The position numbers were made by a program, and so were the translations under genes. A stretch of DNA of 64,000 nucleotides from Bilabrum cf. latius (Eukaryota): contig OZ237766.1 of the NCBI GenBank assembly GCA_965178125.1, forward strand, positions 62,001 through 126,000, given 5' to 3'. A model generated the notes under the pieces. That model was not told the DNA's origin and searched no databases. It saw nothing but the letters and a program-made list of their open reading frames with translations. Positions 1-11,929 of this stretch are shown piece by piece (position 1 is the stretch's first letter; every line of letters begins with the position of its first letter).

Positions 1-1
1 C

Positions 2-2818
2 GAGACGGGGGAACTGCGTGTGGGCGAGGAAGAAGGAAAGCAGTCCGTGGAGGAAGCCGGGTCACTCGCTCGATTGGCGAGCGAGGGGGGGAGGACGGGT
101 GCGCTGCTGGGCTGGTTTGCGGAGGCAGGTCGCGATGCAATCGGCGCGGGGGCTGGCAGCAGGTAGGCTGTGGCAAGGGAGGCATGGGAGCGGGCGGCGG
201 GTTTGCCCACCTCGGTTGGCGCTCGAATGCATGCGGTGCTGCGGGCTATCTCGATGGCGTGGCAAGATGGCGACGATGGAGACACGTGTTCCCTGGGTCA
301 GGGCTAGTGGCAGGAGGACGTGCTGCGGGGGGTCTGCTTCCACGTCGGTGCAGCGCGCTCTAGTGCTATCAGTGCAGGCATCGGGGCCCTGCGCGCTGCG
401 GTGGAGTAGTGTCTGAATGGACTGGCAGGGGCAGGGGCAGGGGCAGAAGTCGACGGTGACTCGGCTCGTGCGACGATAGAGGCCATGCAGGGGGTGTTGG
501 GGGCTAGTGAGGACATACAGGGGAGACCTGGGCACACAGCGACAGCCGTATCTGCAGTGCTCGGCGAGGCCGTGGGGCGAGAGGCGGGGCGGGCGCTGGC
601 TGTGCTGCAGCGCGCGAGTGTGGGAGCAGGTGCGGCTGATGCGGGTAGCCAAATGGTGAGTGAACTGCAGTGTGATGCTGCCGCTCGAGCAGAAGAGGTC
701 CTGGAGGCTGCCCTGGCGGAATGGAAGGCGGCTGGTGCTGCTGCTAGGCAGCCCTCGGGTGCATCGCATGGTGGTGCAGGCCAAGGTCGGTCCAGGCAGC
801 GCCGCAGCCGAGTTCCTGGGGGTGTGTCGGTGGCGGTGCTTGGGGAAGCCGCCAGTGCCGCTTCCGGGGCTAGAGAGCAAGGGGCTAGAGAGCAAGGGGC
901 TAGAGAGCAAGGGGCTAGAGAGCAAGGGGCTGGAGAGCAAGGGGCTGGAGAGCAAGGGGCTGGAGGCACGGTTGCTCGCACTGGGTGCCCGGCTGGAGGC
1001 ACGGTTGCTCGCACTGGGGGCCCGGCGAAGGAGGACGCGGGGGGCGAAGGTGGTGGGGGGTAGTAGGAGCAGCGAGACGAGGAGGAGGGGGAGTAGGAAG
1101 AGGACTGGATGGATGCGGCGGAGAGGGAGGCTGCCAGCGGGGCAGGTGCATCGCACGATGGCACAGAGCTGAAGATCCTACCGCTTGCTCGCAGGGCGGC
1201 GCTGGTCTCATCCGGGCTTGCCCGCGCGAATGCAGTGGTCGGGGTGCTTGGGCCGTTCTGCGCGTGCCTCGGGCATGGCGGGGGTCACAGAGATGGCACT
1301 GGCCCTGATGGTGCTGCTGCTCCTGGTGGGTCTGTAGGCGCTTGGTTACGGGCTGGGGTCGAGGAAAGCGAGGCAGGACCTGCCAAGGGGCCTCTGTTCT
1401 CTGTAGACAGGGGAAGCGCCGAAGGATTCCGCCGGTGGTGGCCTGTCCTGAGGGTGGGTGCCGTCGGGGGCCGCATGCGCGAAGAGGTAGAGGACGAGGC
1501 AGGTGGCTACGGAACTCTTCCGATGGTGCTAGCGCAGCTCGAGGCAGGCCAGCGCCTAGGGGCCCGGACAGGGGGCGAAGGTGAGGCAGCCAGGCGCCTC
1601 ATTGGTGGGGACAGGACTGGTCCCGGGGGCGAGGGAGGGTCATAGGAGGGGGCACAGGGGGGGGCTGGGAATGCACAGCTTCAGCTGCCCTCCATGGAGC
1701 AGCTGTCGGTCTGGGTCGCACAGGGGGCGGTGTCCCATGTGACGAGTGCGCATTCGTCACATGAAGATGCTCCGCCTGCGAGTATCCGGGAGCAGGTCAA
1801 GGTGGGAGGCAGGCTGGCGGTGAGCGAGCTGGCGGCGGCGCTGGGGGGCCCGCTGCTGGACGCGGCTTGTGCCTTGGACTTGGACTTGACCCGGGTGACG
1901 AGTGGGGGCTCACAGCAAAGCGTGGCATCTGCTGCGCTGGGACAGGCGCTGGTGGACGTGGCGGGTTGGCTGGAGCCCGTCGCGAGCGGGCGGCAGCTGG
2001 CGGAGCTGGAGTCAGCCCTCGAGGCTGGGGGGGTGCTGGGTGCGCGGGGGCTGCGGTCTGCGCTGCAATGCAGTGCCATTGCGGGCAAGCAGTCCCATGT
2101 GACCTTGCGTGGAGTTGTGAGCACCACAGTGCGATGCATTCTGCGGGCAGGCGAAATAACTTCGGGAAACACCAGGGATGGTGATGGAATTGTTGATGGG
2201 GGTGAGGCAGAGGCAGAGGCGGGCTTGCTGGAGGTGCTGCTGGGCGGGGCCACTGGGGGGCAGGGGCATGGGTCTGTGTCGCTGTCCAAGGGGTTGCTGG
2301 GGTTTGCCTGCAGGGCGGCGGGGGCGGGGCTGCTGCTGGCGGCGTGCACTGGTGTGATGAGTGCCGGCAAAGACCCGGTCGGGAGGAGCGAGCGACTGGC
2401 CAGCGCCGGACGGCAGGTCTGGGCTGACGGGTGCGGGCTGTGCAGCTCGATCCGTGCCCTTGGACTCGAGGGAGACAGTGGTCCGGCGGGTGTGACGAGT
2501 GCTATCGGTGCTCTGCTGGTAGGGGCTCCTGAGGATGTGCTGGCCCTCGCGCGGGGCGGCTCGGGAGGGGCAGGGGCAGGGGCTGAGGGAGGGGCGGAGG
2601 CAGGGGCAGATGATGTCAGCAGTCCAGGGGGTCCGGGTGTGGTATCTAATGGTGACGGTAGCAGCGACCGGGCGGCAGTGTGGGAGGTGCTGGCCCGAGC
2701 TGCACGATGCAGGAGCATAGAGGAGACAATGGGCTGTCTCCGTGGGGCCGGTGCGGGGCATTCCGCGGTGCAGGCGATGGCTAGACTCGCCGCCAGTGTG
2801 CGGGGTATCCTGCTTTGA
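2..2818 (+). CDS. Hypothetical Ala/Gly-rich protein, 5'-partial (UAG read as sense)
   Basis: Track ORFs 485-1063, 1109-1645 and 1694-2818 share one frame. The frame is open from position 2 except for TAGs at 164, 305, 407, 1061, 1064, 1094 and 1643, and it ends at TGA 2816-2818. No domain recognised. Confidence 0.65.
866..1018 (+). repeat. Coding minisatellite: ~6 x 15 bp (GGGGCTRGAGAGCAA; GAREQ/GAGEQ) followed by a ~33-bp duplication
   Basis: Tandem units read directly from the sequence; unit lengths are multiples of 3. Confidence 0.9.
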
Positions 2819-3036
2819 ATGAAATACTTGGTGTTGCGACATACTTTGTTGTACATGCACCAGTCGGATGCGTTGTCAGACGGTTGTCTTGCTGGAGGTT
2901 CGCTTGCCGACAGGGATTCCCTTCGGGTTCGTTCGTGAAGCAGGTGCTTGAATTGCTGCTGTGTGCTTCTCAATTGCGGCGCACTGCCAGCATAGCAACT
3001 CCTTTTTATCAAACATAATATACTCACGCTTGCTTT

Positions 3037-6000
3037 ATGCTACTCATTGCGTGCATGCATATTTGGTGCTGCATACTACTGGCATTCAACGCACGAGCTG
3101 CAGTCCATCGAAGCGCGGAGCGTGATTCTACGCTTCCCCAGGCCGCTGCAGGACCACTTATTCGTTTATCTCGTAGTTTACCTACTTCGGGTCTCCCGAG
3201 CGCAGTGCTGCTCAATAATTTCCGCGTTGCTGTGAAACGCAATCTGGCACGTCGAATGATGGCCGATTTAGTCACCGGTCTACCGATTGGGAGGGTGGTC
3301 ATTACACGTTCTATTGTGTCAGATGATGTGGCGATTTCGATGGCTCAGTGGATCCATAATAGATTCCCGAAGCTGCCTGTCCACCTGCCGAGCCGCACTT
3401 TGGGTTTCGGCAACAAAGCAGAGGCTTCCATCTACAAAAAGACTGACTCGAACCTGATGTTTGTCCCAAGGCGACAACCACTAGGCAAAGAACGACAAAA
3501 GTGCTGGGGCGTATCGTTGATCCCGCCCAAGGGCGGTTCATGCGGCGGTGCCTTCTCCCTCGACGGCTCCCGCGCGTGGATGGACCTTTTGCTGGTAGAT
3601 GCACGGGCTGTGTGCGGGCCGCATGGTGAGCCAAATGGAGCAGGCACTAACCAATCTGACCCCTTCGATGACCCAGTCCCTTTCCTGCGGGGCCTAGAGG
3701 CCTCAAATGAGGCGCTCATCATGCTGCTGGACGGTGCGGATGCATGGGCCGGCAACCACAGGGGCGGCGATTGGCCAGAGGAAGAGCTGGGGTCAACAGC
3801 ACATGAGCAGTCGGTGCATCCTGGATCACGGAAGTGCTTAGATGTAGTGTATCGATGGGTGCACCGCACTGCAGCTTATCTCAAGGATGATGCAGATCAG
3901 CAGGAGGACGAGGACGACTCATAGGGTATTGTCCTGGGATCGAATCCCGGTGGAACACAATCATCCAGCTCGAGGCTTTCCTCGTCCTCGCGTAAATCAT
4001 TCCTGCTGCCACAAGTGGTGGCCTATGGTGCCGGCAGCTACTCGAACAGTGGCAGCCGTCCGCCTGCCGTGGCATACCATGTGCGCACACACGTGCTGGG
4101 GACTGGTGCATCGCATGGTGGTGCATCTGCTCAGACCCAGACCAGCGGCCCCCGCCCCACGGAGGGTTGGTTCCTCCCCGTGTCTCCTCAGGGCATGGGC
4201 GCGGCCCGCACGGCCCGCCTGGCATACTCACACTCGGATGAAGAGGAAAAGGAGAAAGGTGAGCGAGGACTCGATGAAGACTCGATTCCGCTGGTGCTGT
4301 ATGACGAGTGCATCTCCACTAAGGAAAGGCCCTGCGACCGAGGCCTCTTCGATCCACGGGTGGATTGGGCAGCGGGGGTGGGCAGCATCCGGCACCTGCC
4401 CCTGCGGCTGGACTCGGAGGGGGGGGGGAATGGGATGCGGGTGGTGGGCGGGGAGCACCCCTGGAGCAAAGCAACTGATATCGGGCAGGTGCCGCCGATG
4501 CCGTGCCTGCACCTCGGCGTGGCCCCGGGGTGGATGCATCGCATTGCAGCGGCCAGCACCGCGGGCTGCCTGGTGCTGCCGATGCGATTGGAGCCGCTCG
4601 GGCCGGGTGGCTCTGTGACACGACTGGAGGACCGGGCTCGCGTGCTAGGGCTAGGGGTGTCGGACGGGACCATGGAGCGGGGCGCCTCTCTGCTGGCCCA
4701 GGCGCCTGGAGTGCCCCTGCTGCACGCGGTGCGGGCCCTGCAGGGGCAGGACCACCTCGCTCTCGTGAGCGCGGGGGAGCGGTTCCTAGAGTCCACCGGT
4801 GGAGTGTCACGAGTGACCACCGCCACCCAGGGGCCTGGCGGGGGCTCGGGAAATGGGATCCAGGAACGGTTGGTCTCTCGTGAGTTGGAGGGGCTGGGCC
4901 AGCTGGCAACCGTTGCCATGGTGCGAGCAGCCACCGCGGATCCTGCCCTGCAGCGGCTCCTCACCCCAATGGTGCCGAGGGGGGGCAAGGCCCCGGGAGC
5001 AGAGGGACAGGTGCCCGGCAAATTGGTCGCACGCGCTGAGGGGCTGGACCTGCTGTTGTCCCAGGGGTCATTTACCCCCCTCATGGGGGGCACTGCCATC
5101 GAGGCGTGGAGGGGGGGTGTAGGTCTGGGTCATTCTGCAGGTGGGTCCCTGCAGCAGGCCAGCAGGAGGGCTGCACTCCTGACCATGCAGGGGCCGCCGG
5201 CCAGTCCAGAGCGGGTGCTGGCACTGGTGCACGAGGCTATGGGAGGGGCTCATGCAGGTTACGAGGGGCCAGGGGAGAGTGTAGGTCCCTTGGACCACGA
5301 CCCTCGGCTGATGCCCAGCGCTGTGCGCCGCCTGCACCGAGACCTCATGGAGTAGCAGCACCCCCCGAGTGACGAGTGCAGCTCCAGGCGACTGCTCCTG
5401 TTCCGTTGGGCCGACGAAATGCGCACGCAGGGACTAGCAGCCATGCTGCAGCACCTGGCTGCCTCCTTGGCTCTGGCTCGAGCCCTCAACCGCACGCTGG
5501 TCGAGGTGCCCAACGCAGACGCGCCCGGGGGGTGGCCTGCTTGGGAGGCGTACAGCGGTGTGACGAGTGAATAGGGGAGTGCCGCGCCCCCTCTTGCAGA
5601 CGAGTGGTTCCGCGCCCCTCCTGAGCAATGTGGGGGCAGGCTGTTCGGGTGCTACTTTGAGCCACTGAGCAGCTGCACCATCGGATTGAGGGACGTGCCG
5701 CCCCTCGATGGTGAACAGCAACAGGGACAGGGGCAGGGACACGAAGCCGGTGGATACCCGCGGATGGATCAAACGGAGCTGATCCCCGCTCTGCCCACCG
5801 ACAACTAGTGGGTATACGGGCAGGTGCACTCGTCACAACACGACCTGCGAGCCCCGCTGTCAATCGAGGAATCCATGGCGGCGCGCGTGCGGTCCTACCT
5901 CCAGAGCGGGCGGCGGGATAGCAGGAGGGTGCTGCGCGTGGGGCTGATCCGGGACCATCGCGCGGTGATGCGACACGTGACGGCAGAGTGGACGGGGGCA

Positions 6001-6933
6001 CCCGAGTGGTGGGCGGCAGAGGCAGGCCCGGGTGGTCTGGGGCGGGGCCTGTGGTTCGCTGGGTTCTCTGCCTATCTGTGGAGGCCCCGGGCCGGGCTGC
6101 TGCTTGCTAGCGGTGCTTTCGGAGACATGGTGGGGGGCATGCGGCGGGCGGGGGCGGGGTACCTCCTGCAAGCCGAGTGCTTGCGCTCCATGTCCATGAG
6201 TGCGGCGGGGCGGGGGGGAACCCGGATTGATAGGTAGCGTGCACTTTCAGCGGAGTGCGAGCTAGCGCGAGGGCTGCATGCCACCGCAGCGAGGCACCGA
6301 CACGATGCAGGCGATGGCACCGACTACGGTACAACCGGAAATAGCCCCGGGCTAGACCCAGATCCGAGCCAAGATGCGCCCCTGCCTATTCCCCTGGGCC
6401 CCGTGTTTGCGCTGCACCTGCGGCGCGGGGACACCGCAGGTCTGTTCTACCGGGGATAGGCGGGTCTGCACGGGGTGGTGGGCCCGGCCAAGCGGCTCGT
6501 GCGGGCCGTGGGGGCCCCTTGTTCCCTGGCCGTGCTGGCCTCCGACTGGGCGCGGGCCAGGGAGATGGGGCCGGTGCACGGTGCCCCAGAGCTGGAGGTG
6601 GGCATAACGGGCGCATCTGTGGTAACATCGTAGGAGAGCGGTTTCGGGGGAACTGTGGAGCACTTGCTCGGGGAGGCATCCGGGTTCCGTCACCGGGGGA
6701 GTGCCCGGCTGCTGTCGGTCGGGGTCATCATGGACCTGCACGCGATGTCTTTCGCCACTCACCTGGCCGGGTCCTGCGTGTCGCAGCTGAGCCGACTGGC
6801 GGCGGATCTTGCCCTCGGATTCGGGCGGCTGGCGGGCAGGCCAGTGGGGTCGGATGTGCAGGAGTGCGGCATGCTGCAGCACACGTTCGCCGTGGAGCAG
6901 GGCTGGAGAGAGGATTTCCGCACGGGGCCGTAA
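3037..6933 (+). CDS. Alpha-1,6-fucosyltransferase-like (FUT8/GT23-like) glycosyltransferase; start uncertain
   Basis: One frame interrupted only by TAG (3922, 5353, 5572, 5806, 6235, 6457, 6631), ending at TAA. FUT8-like motifs occur in order: *QHPPSDECSSRRLL...LALARALNRTLV, CYFEPLSSC, PVFALHLRRGD (cf. PVIGVHVRRTD), VLASD, and VIMDLHAMSFATHLAGSCVSQLSRLA (cf. [25 protein letters not shown]). Confidence 0.75.
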
Positions 6934-7252
6934 GACACACGCGCGGATCTACTGGGCAGGCAGACTGCGTCGCATCAGCAGGTGAGGACTGCTTGCCATC
7001 ACCGGCCGGGGACGGGGGGGGCTCGCGCAGTGGCACCGTGTGACACTCCGAGTCTCGCTGACGGTCCCGGTTCAAGCAAGCAGACTACTTCCTCGGCTTC
7101 GCACCTGCAATGCCTCCGGCGAGGCTACCGACGCGATGTACATAAGTTCGTTGCAGGGCAACTCGCTGCATCCTGTCTTGACTACCTAACTCGAAAACTG
7201 AATTGCAATTTAAATCAATTTCGACCGGGCAATCCATCTGGCTTCCGAGCAA

Positions 7253-9886
7253 ATGATGGCCAATAAGCATCAGTCTAGAATATATGCAGTGCGTGCATAC
7301 AAGCGATTGTGGGGCCATGCTGCTGGTTCATGTAACGTTGTGTCGCAGCTAGCCACCAGCACGATACCTCAGTTGGATGCACGCACGAAGGGGTGCGACG
7401 ACAATGGATACCACGGATCAAGCCTTGCTAGTGACATGCATGCAGCTGCGAAACGAAGACCCTTCCGACCAGTTCTGCCATTGAACGGCTGGGCGGCACT
7501 CATCGACGAGCAGCGATCGTTGGACTTGAACAGTATACCCACTTGGACACATTGGATCAAACAAAAGCGAACTCTGGGGGGGTAGAGTGTGAGATTACCC
7601 CAACATACGCCGGTTGTCACGGCTTGCTTTGCTTTCTCCGACGTTGCTGGAGCTGGCTTTGGGCGCAATTTGGATGTAGAGCAAGCCACTGCGGCTCGCC
7701 TCTGCCATGGCGTTGCCCACGCGATTGACCCATTTGCAGCATGCGACTCCATTCGAAGCGCGCTTCAATGGCCCGTGGGTGCCCTCTTCGTCGATGCAGA
7801 GCAGACAGGGGTGTACGAGGTCGACACACCGCAAGCACCGCCGGTGGCCGAGCGAGACAGCTTTGCATATCGTGCATGCCCTACGGGCATATTCGGCCCC
7901 GGTCGCAATTTCACCCCCGAGGGCTGGGGTCTGCCCCCAGCTCCCGTGCTGAAAGACATTGCCTGTGACGAGCAGCTCTCGAGCTGCACTCCAGCAGCCG
8001 AGCAGCCGCCGCCTCCCACGGTGCGGGTGCGCGGGGCCTCATTTCACGGGGGCCCGCGCAACTGGCAGACCGTGTGGTGGTGGGCCATGCGCGGCAGCAG
8101 GGTGCTCCTGGCCTTTCTCTCGCCGGGCATGACCCGGAGCCAGAACTGCCTCAAGGAGCTGAAGGTCCTGCGGATGGCCTGGAGGCAGTGGGGCGAGGGT
8201 GAGCAGGGGGGTCGGGAGGGTGCACCGCACTGCGGGGATCCACCAGGGGGCTGGGGCACTGGTGCCCCTCCCCTGCCTATGTTCGTGTGCTCTGGCTGGG
8301 GGGGTGGCACCACCAGGGAAGGAAAGGAGAGCGGCGTGGAGAAGGAGAAGGGGGAGGAGAGCGGCGGGCTGAGACAGACAGCAGTGGGAGAGGTGCAGCG
8401 CACGATGCGGGTCATCGCACAAGCAGTGGAGTCCCGCATCCGAGCTAGAGCCAGCAGATGCGCTCGTCACACCGAGTACGGTCCTGTAGAATGGTGCGAA
8501 GCGATGCTTCCGCACTTGAAGCGAGCCTGTGGGGGCAGCTCCCGACGCGCAGCCCAAGAATTGACACCGAGTGTAGTGCATGAGACAACAAGGACAGCCC
8601 CGGGCCAAGAATTGACACCGAGTGTAGTGCATGAGACAACAAGGACAGCCCCGGGCCAAGAATTGACACCGAGTGTAGTGCATGAGACAACAAGGACAGC
8701 CCCGGGCCAAGAATCGACACCGAGTATAGGGTATGAGACAACAAGGACAGCCCCGGGCCAGTGGCAAGCGCTCGCCGAGTCTCCCCTTGTGGTCGATGCA
8801 CCGGGGAGTGGGCTGTTCCTGCACCCCAAGAGGGGGACAGACACAACCACCACCACCAGCACCAGCACCAGCACCAGCACCAGCACCAGCACCAGCACCA
8901 GCACCAGCACCAGCACCAGCACCAGCACCAGCACCAGCACCAGCACCAGCACCAGCACCAGCACCAGCACCAGCACCAGCACCAGCACCAGCACCAGCAC
9001 CAGCACCAGCACCAGCACCAGCACCAGCACCAGCACCAGCACCAGCACCAGCACGATTGATGCCCTAGTGTCGCATGCAGGTCTCCTCGGACTCGCAGTG
9101 CATCGGCTGGGTGTATGGCTGGGCGCGGGGGACAGGGGCACGTATGCTAGCGAGCTGCTTGCCGACCACCAGGCGGGCTGGGACTCGAGGGGGGAAGGTG
9201 GGAATCAATTCTATGGAACCTCGTGGGATGGAGAGGTGCATGGCATTGCCGTGCAGGAGGAAGGGCCCGCCGCTCCCCGGGACGACCTTGGTGTGCCACT
9301 GCGCAACCCGCACAGAGACACGGGTCGTTGGGTCTCTCCATGGGCCGTGCTGAGGAACAGGGCGCTGGGGAACACGGTGCGCGCGGGAGTGGCATCGAAG
9401 GGGGCAGCTGCTCTCCGGTAGTGTGCTTTGGAGCTGTGCAAGGCGCAGGAGCTGCAGGCGGGGGGCGCGCTGTGGCCCTGGGAGGGCATGCAGGCCGTTG
9501 GATGCGGGGCGCGGGGGGATGACCGGGGCACAGGCGCTTTGGCAGGGTGTGATGAGTGCCATTGCGTGTCTGACCAGTTTAGTAGTGCACTAGTGCTGGA
9601 CCCCAGGCGGGTGGATGCGGGTCTGGGTTTAGGTGGCAATGGAACTGGCCATTCGACCGCAGTCGACGGGCAAGATCGCCAGCAGCTGCACGCAGACCCG
9701 TGCCACACACCAGCGACAGTCCGACGAGAAGGCAGGCCACCTGCTCGTCCACCCGGCGACTGGAAGCCCCGGATGGAGCGGGCCATATCGCTGTGCGGGG
9801 ATCGGTTGGGGAGGGCCCCATGGGCCGGGGAACAGGACCTGCTGGACGCTTTGAGAGAGAGGGAACACAGTGCAAAGCCGAGCTGA
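7253..9886 (+). CDS. Hypothetical protein with a TIR-like motif and internal repeats; start uncertain
   Basis: Track ORFs 7253-7585, 7589-9421 and 9428-9886 are in one frame, joined by TAGs at 7583 and 9419, and end at TGA. The segment AMRGSRVLLAFLSPGMTRSQNCLKEL resembles the TIR betaC-alphaC region. Confidence 0.55.
8554..8760 (+). repeat. 4 x 51-bp coding tandem repeat (QELTPSVVHETTRTAPG)
   Basis: Three identical units and one diverged unit, contiguous, with no spacers. Confidence 0.95.
8853..9054 (+). repeat. (ACCAGC)n hexamer microsatellite encoding poly-(Thr-Ser)
   Basis: About 33 perfect units visible directly. Confidence 0.95.
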
Positions 9887-10006
9887 TCTTGACTCACCGT
9901 GGTGCAACTGCCATTGATGGTGCTTGGCACCGTTCTGTGCGATTTACCCATGTTGATGAGATAAACAGCTTCAAACGCAGCTTGTCACGGCCAGTATCAA
10001 GTAAAA

Positions 10007-11722
10007 TCAAAGCATCTCTCCGTCCCCTCCCATGGCCCCGCCCGCCACCGCACCGCCAGCACTGGGCAGCGCGGCAGCAGCCGAGGACCCCCCGCTCCCC
10101 CCACTGGCCGCCCCCTAGCCCTCCCCCTCCTTAGGCCCCAGCCCCTTCTCCTTGAAGAAGTCCCTCAGTATCTCCCTGCACCCATCGATGGACCCTACGC
10201 CCCTCTTGAGCAGCACCCTGGCCATCCACGGAGACTCGAGCATCTCCACAGCGGTCGGCCTCTCCTCGGGGTCCTTGCGCATGGCCCCGCCGATAAAGTC
10301 CAGGAAATCGTCCTGCAGGCCCAGTTCCTTGGCCTGTTCCCCGCCCTTAGGAGGCACGGGCACGGGCCCATCCACGATGGTGGTCACGTATCCGATGGTC
10401 GAGCTGCTCTCAGGGTACGGGTACTTGCCCAGCGCGCACTCGAGCAGCACAAGCCCGATGGCCCACACGTCGGCAGGATACGAGTACCTCTCGCTCTGCA
10501 TGCGCTCGGGGCTCAGGTGCTTGAATGTGCCCACGAAGGTCTTCGCCATGAGAGCGGTGGTCACCTCTTTGCTCAGACCTGCGGCGGGGGACAAAAATCG
10601 CAATCACGGGCCCATGCGATCTATTCGTTGTGCGGGCGCGGGGGGGGGGGGGCATTCGAGGCGATCCCAGGCAGCACAAATGGTGCAATCGGATCGTACT
10701 TCCTCACCAAAGTCGGTCAGCTTCGCGCTTCCATCTGACGCGCACAGGATGTTGGCAGGCTTGATGTCCCTGTGCACCCGCTTCTCCACCTGCATGTACC
10801 CGAGGCCCCACAGGACCTGGAAGGCGAGTGCGGCGAGGGGAAGCTCAGGGAACCGGCCCACCTTCCGGATCACGGTGTCAAGGCCCCCCAGGTCCATGAA
10901 CTCCAGAGCCACTGCGACCTGGCCCTCGCGGTAGCTGCGGGGGGAGAGAAACGAGCACTGAACCAAAGTCTGGTCAACACAGATGTTAGGCAGAAACGAG
11001 CATGCCCACGGGAGGGACCATTTGATGCCATATCAACTGCATCCATACGGGTTTGAAATCGCAAGATTCACATCACACGGAGTATGGCTGCTCACGTTGC
11101 GCCGTGAAACTCGACCAGAGCTTCGCAGTCAGCGGTGAAGAGGGCGCGCAGCTCGCTCATCAGCTGGTGCCTCATCGCCTTCACAAACACGCTAATGCAC
11201 TTCAGCGCGTACATTTTACCAGTTGCCTTGTCACGCGCCAGCTTTACCGTGGACGAAGCACCGGCACCGAGGTCGCGGAGCATCTCGAGGTCGCTAAACT
11301 TGATGCTGCTGCCGCCGGATCCAGCGATTGATACAACGCCATCGGAGTCCTCTGAAGAGCCTCCGGATCCCGGAAGCATTACACCTGCGCCCGGTTGTTG
11401 GCACACATTTGGGAAGGATGTATTTTCTACTAGTAGTGGTTTTGCACCTCTCCAAATCTTGACAGTGGTGACTTGTATGTGCGAGCTAACCTTCGTCAGT
11501 GATACGTACACCATGCGCCTCGAATCCATCGCCATCAACCTTGAACGAGGCCTTCTTTGCCAGCTCCTTCCCAGCAGCCTGAGCGCCACCAACAGCTGCA
11601 GCAGTTGCAGCCGCGGCCGTCGATGTACCAGTCCCGTCCGACGAAGAGGCCTCCGTCGCATCACTGTCCTTGACAGCAAGCTTGAGCCCAAGTTTCATCT
11701 TTCGCTTTCTAGCAGCCGCCAT
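10007..11722 (-). CDS. MAP kinase kinase (STE7/MAP2K family), 4 exons
   Basis: Kinase motifs LGAGASSTV, YALK, HRDIKPAN, DFG, TFVGTFKHLSPER and DVWAIG. The N-terminus KRKMKLGLKL resembles a MAPK docking site. GT-AG introns at 11385-11490, 10935-11095 and 10579-10707 restore the frame. Reading the TAG at 10115 extends the tail to TGA 10007-10009. Confidence 0.9.
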
Positions 11723-11929
11723 TTTTAGCGCAGATCAAATACCTGGAGGCCAGCCACCTGATCCGACCTGCGCGCAGCTTGCGGTCGCAACCAATCTTGA
11801 GGGGCGTTCCGGAGGTTGCAACCGGAAAGCTGGTCGCAATACAGAAGGGAACCTCGGGGAATCCTTCCTTCTCATCTCCTGGGCCTTCCAGGAATGTCAT
11901 CGGGTGATGTGGCTGCGTAGTCACGATCT

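Noticed and set aside
8554-8760. CRISPR-like array
   Set aside because: The 51-bp units are contiguous with no unique spacers, lie in frame within an ORF, and there are no cas genes. The context is eukaryotic.
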